Source: Thermodesulfobacteriota bacterium (lineage in GTDB: Bacteria > Desulfobacterota_D > UBA1144). From it: DNA of 10,422 nt. Shown piece after piece: positions 1 to 7,425 of this stretch. The notes below the pieces were generated by a model. The model saw nothing but the letters and a program-made list of their open reading frames with translations, searched no databases and was not told the origin of the DNA. The stretch lies in the NCBI GenBank assembly GCA_029246845.1, contig JAQWMJ010000012.1, positions 1-10,422 of the forward strand. The letters run 5' to 3'. The translations under genes were made by a program, and so were the position numbers. Positions within the stretch are counted from its first letter, which is position 1; every line of letters begins with the position of its first letter.

Positions 1-35
1 AATATCTCTCTTATTTCAATTATAATACTTTTTAT

Positions 36-1262
36 ATGGATTACATTCTTATAATTCTTCTAGCAATAGGTTTTTTTGTAATTTACAAAAAAGTTAACGT
101 GTCTGACTCCCAAAATAATCAAGACGAAGTGAAGGAATTGAGAGATAGTTTAAACAAAGTCCTTGGAAAAATGGAGTCTGACAATAAAAATCTAAGACAA
201 GCATTTATTGACGAGAAAGTTAATATGGAGAAGCTTGTACTTGAGGTTGTTAAGGAAAACACCGAGTCTCAAACAGAAAATTTTGAGAAGGAATCTCAAA
301 ACTTAATTAAGAGCATAAATGAACAATCTAAGGAATTTAATGATTATTTCGCCAGGATAGATTCAACTATTGGGGCTCTGGACAATGTTACTAGAGAAAT
401 GAAAGGTGAAATAAATGATTTTTCAAAGATTCTTGGCGCTAGTTCTAGCTTAGCTGGAGATTTAGGGGAATTTCAATTAGAAAATCTCTTCAAGTTCCAC
501 AACTTACAGAAAAATATTGATTATATGACCCAAGTTAACGTACCTATAGCTGATGGTAGGTCATATCAACCAGATGCGATACTCATATCTGAAGATAAGT
601 GTTTGATAATCGACTCAAAAGCAACAGCAAATCTTGAAGTTATAAAAGAACTTAAAAATGAAGAAACTTCTAAGGAACGAATGGAGGAAATTAAAAGTGA
701 TATAAAGGACAAGGTCTCCAATGAGGCAAAAAAATTATCAAAAAAAGAATATCAAAATCTTACTATTAATGGAAAATCAACACCAGAATTTATTGTTATG
801 TTCATACCTAATGAGAATGTTTACCTAATTGTGAAAGAACTAATAGACAAAGAAACTAATAAAATAGAGGACGGGGTTATTATGGCTGGGCCTGATAATC
901 TTAATTTTATAATATTAATGTGGGCCTATATAAATGGGATACTTAAAGTACAAAGTCAGATCGAGCAAATTGGAAAAGCAGCCTCAGCAGTCCATAATAA
1001 TTTCGCTAACAGTACAAAAAACCTTAACAAGCTTAAGAGTTCAATAGAATCAACTATTACCAACTGGAATACCCTTGTAGGAAATGTAGAGGGACGATTG
1101 ATTCCATCAGTTAAAAAACTAGAGGAAATGGGGGTCAAATCATCACAAGAAATACTAGATGTTGAAAAGATTATACAAACTCCTAGGCCACTAGAGAAGC
1201 TTGTGGAAAATGATTCTAAGCTTGAACAAGATAATATTGAGTTCAAAGATGATGAGAAATAG
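36..1262 (+). CDS. rmuC: DNA recombination protein RmuC family (N-terminal membrane anchor, coiled coil, restriction-endonuclease-like domain)
   Basis: 408 aa ORF. N-terminal hydrophobic helix (ILIILLAIGFFVIY) and a long charged coiled coil. RmuC-type motifs: GDLGEFQLENL, QPDAIL...LIIDSK (PD..DxK), PEFIVMFIPNE, and C-terminal WNTLVGNVEGRLIPSVKKLEEMG. Confidence 0.88.
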   Translation: MDYILIILLAIGFFVIYKKVNVSDSQNNQDEVKELRDSLNKVLGKMESDNKNLRQAFIDEKVNMEKLVLEVVKENTESQTENFEKESQNLIKSINEQSKEFNDYFARIDSTIGALDNVTREMKGEINDFSKILGASSSLAGDLGEFQLENLFKFHNLQKNIDYMTQVNVPIADGRSYQPDAILISEDKCLIIDSKATANLEVIKELKNEETSKERMEEIKSDIKDKVSNEAKKLSKKEYQNLTINGKSTPEFIVMFIPNENVYLIVKELIDKETNKIEDGVIMAGPDNLNFIILMWAYINGILKVQSQIEQIGKAASAVHNNFANSTKNLNKLKSSIESTITNWNTLVGNVEGRLIPSVKKLEEMGVKSSQEILDVEKIIQTPRPLEKLVENDSKLEQDNIEFKDDEK

Positions 1263-1272
1263 TTAAAAGTGC

Positions 1273-1302
1273 TTGATTTTATTGTTAATTTTTATGTAAA
1301 AT
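1273..1302 (+). promoter_or_regulatory. Putative sigma70 promoter giving a leaderless transcript of the inverse-autotransporter operon
   Basis: TTGATT (1273-1278), 18-nt spacer, TAAAAT (1297-1302). The ATG at 1309 is 6 nt downstream and there is no Shine-Dalgarno sequence. Confidence 0.5.
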
Positions 1303-1308
1303 AAAAAA

Positions 1309-2337
1309 ATGAAATATTACATTTTTTTATTCCTACTCCTAGTCTCACCTTTCAATGTTCTCTCTAATGAAATGAACGAATCTTTAAAAGAAGAAGAAAA
1401 GATCCTATATCACGAATACAGTGAAGCGAGATCGCAGATTGATGCTTTTACTGGAGATAAAAAGAATTTTATACTATCAAAGGCATCATCATATGCCGAA
1501 GAGTCATATGCTAATGCCGCATCAAACTCTAAATACTCTTTCTTTAAGAACTCTGAAGGGGCAATAGGATTCTCTGAAGATTCAGATGGTAAAACATTAA
1601 TAGATTTCTCTATATTAACCATAATCCCAATAAAACAAACAGCGGACTTGAAACACACGTTCTTTTCACAATTAAATGCTATGTCAGTTGAGCAGTTTCA
1701 AGATAGAAGAATAGGTACAAATTTAGGACTTGGTTACAGAAACTATAATAGCGACCACAACTTAGTATTAGGTATTAATTCTTTTTATGACTATGAGTTC
1801 AGCTCTGATCATTACAGAATTGGCGTTGGTGGTGAAATGAAAAAAGGTTTACTTGACTTAAATGTTAACTATTACGAAGGGCTAAGTGGAACAAAAGATA
1901 TTAAAATTGACAATGTCAATGGACTCGAAAAAGCCCTAGATGGATTTGACCTTGAATTAGGACACCCTCTTCCATATCTTCCATGGACAAAATTCTTTGT
2001 AGCTTATTCAAAGTTTAATGGTCATCTAGGAGAAGACCCTACTTCAATACGTTACTCATCAGAACTTTACCTTAATCAGAATTTAGTCGCAGAGCTAGGA
2101 TATAACGATGATCGCCAAAGTGACGGAATAGATCAGAACTACTGGTTTGTTAGAATCTCAGTTACTAACACAAAAAGAAACAAGCCAACACTATTTGGTC
2201 CAGAAGGTCAGCTTTACTCAACAGACCCTTTTGGTCAGCGTGATGTAAGAACGACTTTACTAGAAAAAGTAAGAAGACAAAATAAAATCACTGTCGAAAG
2301 ATCTCAATCAGGGTCCTTCCAAGTTGGAGGTAACTAA
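1309..2337 (+). CDS. Inverse autotransporter (intimin/invasin-type, type Ve) beta-barrel domain protein, lacking a passenger domain
   Basis: Signal peptide and short helical periplasmic segment, then IAT-beta motifs: FFSQL, GTNLGLGYR, LGINSFYDY, HYRIGVGGE, NVNYY, EKALDGFDLELG..LPYLPW. The linker VRRQNKITVE corresponds to invasin/intimin V-R-N-I-LEY. The protein ends 12 aa after the linker. Confidence 0.88.
   Translation: MKYYIFLFLLLVSPFNVLSNEMNESLKEEEKILYHEYSEARSQIDAFTGDKKNFILSKASSYAEESYANAASNSKYSFFKNSEGAIGFSEDSDGKTLIDFSILTIIPIKQTADLKHTFFSQLNAMSVEQFQDRRIGTNLGLGYRNYNSDHNLVLGINSFYDYEFSSDHYRIGVGGEMKKGLLDLNVNYYEGLSGTKDIKIDNVNGLEKALDGFDLELGHPLPYLPWTKFFVAYSKFNGHLGEDPTSIRYSSELYLNQNLVAELGYNDDRQSDGIDQNYWFVRISVTNTKRNKPTLFGPEGQLYSTDPFGQRDVRTTLLEKVRRQNKITVERSQSGSFQVGGN
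2326..2331 (+). promoter_or_regulatory. Shine-Dalgarno site for the 2340 ORF, embedded in the last codons of the barrel gene
   Basis: GGAGGT at 2326-2331, 8 nt before the ATG at 2340. The upstream stop codon is at 2335-2337. Confidence 0.7.
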
Positions 2338-2339
2338 AA

Positions 2340-3122
2340 ATGAAATTATATAAATATATTATCATTATCTTTACAATTATATTACTATCCCCAATTGATT
2401 CATATTCTTGTGCATGTGCAGGAAAAGCCTCAACTGATATTTATAGCTGTACTAGTAGTGACTATGGCAACAGGTCTTGTTATACCAGCGCGGATGTCTA
2501 TCAAATGACTGTAACAAGTGGAGAATTCTACAACTCTACTACTGGTGCCACTTGGGTCTTAAAGAAACAAAATGCAACCTATGACATTACTAGCCAAAAT
2601 TTTGACTATATGCCAAATATTAAAAAAGTAAAAAAAGGTACTTATGATAAATTCAGAGGCTATGCGAGTAATGTTTTTGTCATTAAAGGTGGCTTTACAA
2701 CATCTGATTCTAAATCTTGTGTAACTGCCGGTACCCAGGATTCAACCTACGGAGACCTAAGGACTTCAAGTATTAGAACATCTGGAAATAAAGCAAATGT
2801 TACCTTAACAACTAAGAACTTTGGTGCAAGCACTTACCATTATACTGATGCTAATGGCAATCTTATTGAACTTATTGATAGCTCAGGCTCTAGAATAAGT
2901 AGTGATAGCGACGCTGACAGAATTAGAGTCACTTACTCTTTGGGTACTTTTATGAAAATAGACGAGACTGATAATATTGCAATAAAAATGCTTATGAAGT
3001 CAACTACATCAATAAGGGCTACATATGCTACCTCTGATGGAGCTGGAAAATATAATTGCACATCCGTCGGTATGCGTGCACCTATCTTTACAATGACTGT
3101 AACTCAGACACCTTCAAAATAA
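2340..3122 (+). CDS. Secreted hypothetical protein, Ser/Thr-rich with 6 Cys, predicted all-beta; candidate partner of the inverse autotransporter
   Basis: 260 aa ORF with a Sec signal peptide (MKLYKYIIIIFTIILLSPIDSYS). About 27% Ser+Thr in the mature part by hand count, six Cys, and alternating beta-strand patterns (YQMTVTS, FVIKG, IRVTYS, IFTMTVT). Starts 2 nt after the barrel gene with a strong SD. Confidence 0.8.
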   Translation: MKLYKYIIIIFTIILLSPIDSYSCACAGKASTDIYSCTSSDYGNRSCYTSADVYQMTVTSGEFYNSTTGATWVLKKQNATYDITSQNFDYMPNIKKVKKGTYDKFRGYASNVFVIKGGFTTSDSKSCVTAGTQDSTYGDLRTSSIRTSGNKANVTLTTKNFGASTYHYTDANGNLIELIDSSGSRISSDSDADRIRVTYSLGTFMKIDETDNIAIKMLMKSTTSIRATYATSDGAGKYNCTSVGMRAPIFTMTVTQTPSK

Positions 3123-3139
3123 ATAGAAATAATACTTTG

Positions 3140-3167
3140 TTGCAATTAATAAATACTCCTATATAGT
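3140..3167 (+). promoter_or_regulatory. Putative sigma70 promoter for the helicase
   Basis: TTGCAA (3140-3145), 16-nt spacer, TATAGT (3162-3167), 9 nt before the TTG at 3177. Confidence 0.45.
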
Positions 3168-3176
3168 TCAGACAAA

Positions 3177-4631
3177 TTGAAAAACAATAATAATATTAAA
3201 TTATCTACTTTCGAAAGCTTTGGCTTATCTGAAACGATAAATAATTCCTTAAAAAATATGGGGTTTGTAAATCCAACGCCCATACAGGAACAATCTATAC
3301 CAATTGGGCTAAAAGGATTAGATATATTGGGGTCTGCGCAAACTGGAACGGGAAAAACTGCTGCCTTTGGAATACCAATAATTGAAAACTTAAACAAAGA
3401 CAAGAATGGCATTGCTGTTATATTGGCACCGACCAGAGAGCTAGCGAAGCAAATATATGATGTAATTCGCGAATTATTAGGATATAAAAATACTCTGAAA
3501 GTTACTGCCTTAATTGGTGGTGAATCGATTACAAACCAATTGAGAAACCTTAAAAGAGGGCCAAGAATTATAATTGGTACACCTGGAAGAATAAATGACC
3601 ATATTAATAGAAAATCTTTATATGTTAAAAAAACTAAGATTCTCGTCCTTGATGAAACTGATAGAATGCTTGATATGGGATTTGGAATTCAAATTGACGA
3701 GATAGTTAGAAACATGACAGGGAAAAGACAAACTTTGATGTTCTCAGCTACTATTCCTGATGACATTTCTAGATTAGCAGACAAGTACCTTGTTAATCCT
3801 CAGAGAATAAGTATTGGTTCTATAAATCAAATTCCAAAGAATTTAAAACAAGAAATCTTAAAGATTAGATCGAATGAAAAATATGATCAACTAGTTGAGG
3901 AACTGAAGAATAGGAGTGGTTCAGTCTTAGTCTTTATAAAGACAAAATATGCTTGTGATAGAATGGCCAAAAAACTCTCTTTTGATGGAGTTAAAGCAAC
4001 TGCCATCCATGGTGACCTTAAGCAAAATAGGAGAAATAGAATTATTTCAGATTTTAGGAATAATAAATTTTCAGTTTTAATTGGGACTGATATAGTTTGT
4101 CGAGGTCTTGATGTTCCACAGATTGAACATGTAATAAATTTTGACCTCCCTCAAGTAGCAGAGGATTTTATCCATAGAATTGGTAGAACTGCAAGAGCAG
4201 GAATGTCAGGTAGTGTAGTTAGCTTTATTACACCAAATGATCACTTAAAATGGAGAGCTATACAAAAGATTTTAGATCCTAAAACAAAAAATAAGATTTC
4301 AGATAGTACTTCTACTAAACATAAAGATAGAGGCTTTAGAGATAAGACTAGATCCGACGATAGAGACAAGAAGTTTAAAGACAAAACCAGGTCAGATGAC
4401 AGAGACAAGAAAAAGAGCGTACCCTTCTCTAAGGATTCCCAAAAGAGAAAGAGGACGTTTAATAAAAATACACCTAAAGATGCAAACAAAAAAAAGAAAT
4501 ATGAAAATTTAAAAAGAAATCGATCTAAAAATAAAAAAAGACTTAAAAAACCAGTCCTATTAAAGACTGACAACAGAGCGAAGTTTGTGGATGAGGAAAT
4601 TGTTTACAAAATAATAAAAGAAAGTAAATAG
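3177..4631 (+). CDS. DEAD-box ATP-dependent RNA helicase (RhlE/CshA/DeaD-like) with a basic low-complexity C-terminal tail
   Basis: Q motif GFVNPTPIQ, I AQTGTGKT, Ia PTRELA, Ib TPGR, II DETD, III SAT, IV VLVFIKTK, V TDIVCRGLD, VI HRIGRTAR. Lys/Arg-rich tail. The TTG start is uncertain. Confidence 0.95.
   Translation: MKNNNNIKLSTFESFGLSETINNSLKNMGFVNPTPIQEQSIPIGLKGLDILGSAQTGTGKTAAFGIPIIENLNKDKNGIAVILAPTRELAKQIYDVIRELLGYKNTLKVTALIGGESITNQLRNLKRGPRIIIGTPGRINDHINRKSLYVKKTKILVLDETDRMLDMGFGIQIDEIVRNMTGKRQTLMFSATIPDDISRLADKYLVNPQRISIGSINQIPKNLKQEILKIRSNEKYDQLVEELKNRSGSVLVFIKTKYACDRMAKKLSFDGVKATAIHGDLKQNRRNRIISDFRNNKFSVLIGTDIVCRGLDVPQIEHVINFDLPQVAEDFIHRIGRTARAGMSGSVVSFITPNDHLKWRAIQKILDPKTKNKISDSTSTKHKDRGFRDKTRSDDRDKKFKDKTRSDDRDKKKSVPFSKDSQKRKRTFNKNTPKDANKKKKYENLKRNRSKNKKRLKKPVLLKTDNRAKFVDEEIVYKIIKESK
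4335..4412 (+). repeat. 2 x 39-bp in-frame tandem duplication encoding F[R/K]DKTRSDDRDKK
   Basis: 4335-4373 is tttagagataagactagatccgacgatagagacaagaag and 4374-4412 is tttaaagacaaaaccaggtcagatgacagagacaagaaa. Confidence 0.9.
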
Positions 4632-4632
4632 A

Positions 4633-6447
4633 CTACTTCCCTATTACTTTATAAGGGCCCTTAAGAGTTATCTCGGTCATATAAGTAGAGTAGTCATTGT
4701 AAGCCATTCCAATATTAATTAACTCTCCTAAGCTATAAGTTTCTACGTTACTTTCACTCTCAATTATCTGAAATAAGCAATCCTGTATAGTTTGAGACAT
4801 TGCTTCCCCTTGTAAAATATAGACATTTTCTATCTGATTTAGATTCTCATGTATTAGAAAAGCACATACCTTTGTTTCTATGGATTTTAATTCACGAAAT
4901 TGTTTCTTAGAAAACAAGTGTTGATTATGAGCATCTCCAAATGATATAGCTTTTGAGCTGGCTAACAAACCTGGTAATTCAGGATAAGAAAAAATTCTAT
5001 CAGATTTAAAATTAAAATTAATATCCTTTAATGTTATCAAAAATTTGTCTATAACATCCGCTGAATATGAATCAATTTTGATATTTGAGAGAAAAGGACT
5101 AGAAGATACTTTAAAATTAGAAGACTTTATGGGACTTCTTCTAAACTGATAAATCTGCTCTCTATAAATTATTGATAAATTTACTAAAAAAGCTAGAAGT
5201 GAAACTACAGTAATCAACCTTAATGAATTAGTTGTTTTAAATGCTATCAAAGAGAACAAGAAAGGTATAGATGTAAGTCCAATTGTAAATGATGCCCAAA
5301 AAACGAAATTACTATTATTTCCAACAGAAGAAAAAAAAGATCCTGAAACTGCAACTAAAAAAAGAAATGTAAACCGCTTGTCAATCTTATATTCTTGAAA
5401 AGTAATCTTTGATTTTAAGAAATTAAAATAACCAATTAAAATTGGAGTAAAAATAGTAAGAATGAAGAAGTATCTGAGAGCTCTATTTGAATAGTTTGAT
5501 GGTGTACCAGCTATATCATAGAAAGACTTTGAGAACCCATAAATATCTTTTATTACTAGTATTAATATTAGAACGATTAGAATACTTGATGGTAGTTTTT
5601 TGTTTAACTTATATTTTAAAATTACATAAAATGTTATTAAAAGTATGGAAACATAAATAATATAGAAATCTTGGTGAAATATAAGATACGATAAATTACT
5701 TAAGTAAAATAGAAGCAATGAGTCATGGGAAGTTTCATAAATTATCTTTCCTATTGGCAATATCTCAGTTAGAAAATGTAAATGAAAAAATAAAAAAGTT
5801 GTAGTAAAAACAGAGACTACTGTTAAAGATTTAAATATAGAGATGTTAGTTTCTTTGTTAATAAACTTGTTAATAAAAAAGAGTATTAAAGGTAAGGACA
5901 CTCCTAGAACAACAAACAATTGAATTCTAGAGGAAATAGCAAACAAAAATGTAAAAACCAAAAGTAAGTAATAATAAGAGTCCATTTTTCTTCCATTTTT
6001 AGAAATATAGAAGATTAGCGAAGACCACATAAAGCAAGCTATTGTTGCCGAAGAAGTATAAGAAAAAGTAGGAATAAAAGAGAAAAAACCTAAGGTCATA
6101 ATATTAACCAAAGATAAAATTAAATAGAAGTCTAGGTTTCTTAAATTATTTGAACTAAAATAGAATTGATAGCAAAAAATAAGAGATAGATTTACTGAAA
6201 TTATTAAAAATAATAAATTAAGAAGTCTAAAGCCAAGCAACTGGTAAGAAAAAATAAATCCAAAGATATTGCCTAGGGAATGAAAAAAGGTAAATGTTGG
6301 CTCAGTGATCCCTTGCTTTAAATAATAGAGGTAAAATCCTTCATCATCTCTTAGACCAAAATCACTAAAGAAGCTGTAAATCAAAACACTTAGGAGTAAA
6401 AGAAAAAGTATACTTGAAAGAGCTAAAATATTTTTCTTGTTTAGCAT
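4633..6447 (-). CDS. Polytopic membrane protein, probable GT-C-fold glycosyltransferase (ArnT/PMT-like)
   Basis: 604 aa with roughly a dozen hydrophobic segments. An acidic DDEGFY motif sits in the loop after the first TM helix, where GT-C enzymes carry catalytic acidic residues. Soluble C-terminal domain. Function is inferred from architecture only. Confidence 0.6.
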   Translation of the reverse strand: MLNKKNILALSSILFLLLLSVLIYSFFSDFGLRDDEGFYLYYLKQGITEPTFTFFHSLGNIFGFIFSYQLLGFRLLNLLFLIISVNLSLIFCYQFYFSSNNLRNLDFYLILSLVNIMTLGFFSFIPTFSYTSSATIACFMWSSLIFYISKNGRKMDSYYYLLLVFTFLFAISSRIQLFVVLGVSLPLILFFINKFINKETNISIFKSLTVVSVFTTTFLFFHLHFLTEILPIGKIIYETSHDSLLLFYLSNLSYLIFHQDFYIIYVSILLITFYVILKYKLNKKLPSSILIVLILILVIKDIYGFSKSFYDIAGTPSNYSNRALRYFFILTIFTPILIGYFNFLKSKITFQEYKIDKRFTFLFLVAVSGSFFSSVGNNSNFVFWASFTIGLTSIPFLFSLIAFKTTNSLRLITVVSLLAFLVNLSIIYREQIYQFRRSPIKSSNFKVSSSPFLSNIKIDSYSADVIDKFLITLKDINFNFKSDRIFSYPELPGLLASSKAISFGDAHNQHLFSKKQFRELKSIETKVCAFLIHENLNQIENVYILQGEAMSQTIQDCLFQIIESESNVETYSLGELINIGMAYNDYSTYMTEITLKGPYKVIGK

Positions 6448-6455
6448 TATTAATT

Positions 6456-6484
6456 AAAATACTTATTCAACACTATTGAATCAA
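6456..6484 (-). promoter_or_regulatory. Putative sigma70 promoter for the membrane protein
   Basis: On the minus strand: TTGATT, 17-nt spacer, TATTTT, then 8 nt to the ATG at 6447. The inverted repeat ATTCAA-N5-TTGAAT (6465-6481) covers the spacer and overlaps the -35. Confidence 0.45.
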
Positions 6485-6518
6485 GTCTTTTAATTCCTAT
6501 TAGGGACTAACTGATAGC

Positions 6519-6547
6519 TTGAATATATATTTTTGATTGTTTAGAGT
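6519..6547 (+). promoter_or_regulatory. Putative sigma70 promoter giving a leaderless epimerase transcript
   Basis: TTGAAT (6519-6524), 17-nt spacer, TAGAGT (6542-6547), 6 nt before the GTG at 6554. No SD. Confidence 0.45.
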
Positions 6548-6553
6548 TTCTTT

Positions 6554-7354
6554 GTGAACAATGATTTTGATATAATAACTGGGGCTGATGGGTTTATTGG
6601 TAGAGAACTTTCTGAAGAGCTTTCTAAGTCAAAACTTATTCTCTTATCTAGGTCAAAAAAGAATTATAAAAATAAATCCTATATTCAATATAAAATGGAA
6701 ACTGGTATTGATACTGTTATTGATTCTGATATTAAAATCAATAACGTAGTCCACTTAGCACATGATTTCTCCAACAAGGAACTAGACAATAAGAATATAA
6801 ACATCAAAGGAACTGAGGATCTAATTAGTTTTTGCAAAATAAGAAAATCAAAATTAATTTATATATCCTCTTTTATGGCAATTTCTCCTAAAACTACGTA
6901 TGGAAAAATAAAACTTGAATGTGAAGAGTTAGTTAAAGGATATAGTAAATCAACTATAATAAGACCTTCTGTTGTTGTTGATTACGGAGGTGGAGTATTT
7001 GGGAAGCTTAATCGTATGTTCAAGTATTCCCCCCTCTTCCCTATTCCTGGTGATGGAGACTATCCGATGTATTATATTGGGGTTAAAAACTTAGTTCGCT
7101 TTATAAGTAAAACTAGGTCTATAGATAGTAATGAAATAATTCACTGCTATGATACTGGACCTGTTAATTTCAAGGATCTTTTAGATATTCAAGATAAGGT
7201 GACTATTAATCTACCTATAAAACTATTGAAAATTATTTTACTCATACCTCAAATTTTTGGTATAAAGCTTAAGAGCCTATCTAACGATGGATTAAATACT
7301 TTACTTACAATGCCCTTAATTGATTTCAAGCATAAAAAATATACTGATTATTAA
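6554..7354 (+). CDS. NAD-dependent epimerase/dehydratase family protein (extended/atypical SDR)
   Basis: Rossmann motif IITGADGFIG, VVHLA, NIKGT, LIYISS, catalytic YGKIK (YxxxK) and IIRPSVV. Confidence 0.85.
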   Translation: MNNDFDIITGADGFIGRELSEELSKSKLILLSRSKKNYKNKSYIQYKMETGIDTVIDSDIKINNVVHLAHDFSNKELDNKNINIKGTEDLISFCKIRKSKLIYISSFMAISPKTTYGKIKLECEELVKGYSKSTIIRPSVVVDYGGGVFGKLNRMFKYSPLFPIPGDGDYPMYYIGVKNLVRFISKTRSIDSNEIIHCYDTGPVNFKDLLDIQDKVTINLPIKLLKIILLIPQIFGIKLKSLSNDGLNTLLTMPLIDFKHKKYTDY

Positions 7355-7425
7355 TTTATATTCATATCAATTTGAATAATTTAATAATGTGTTTAATTAA
7401 GAAAATTTGATGTTATTTTATAAAT

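Noticed and set aside
956..1658. Minus-strand ORFs 956-1246 and 1410-1658
   Set aside because: They are antisense shadows wholly inside well-supported genes and have no recognisable motifs.
2340..3122. Five N-x-S/T sequons in the secreted protein, suggesting glycosylation by the nearby GT-C protein
   Set aside because: Five of 13 Asn is close to chance at about 27% Ser/Thr, none has the D/E at -2 used by PglB, and the genes are not in one operon.
3146..4573. Minus-strand ORFs 3146-3412 and 4241-4573, the latter hydrophobic and membrane-like
   Set aside because: They are antisense to the helicase. The Phe/Leu richness is just the reverse complement of the Lys-rich tail.
5331..5338. A8 homopolymer in the membrane-protein gene (also 4488-4495 in the helicase) as a phase-variation site
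   Set aside because: Runs of this length are expected in such AT-rich DNA, and the reading frames are intact.
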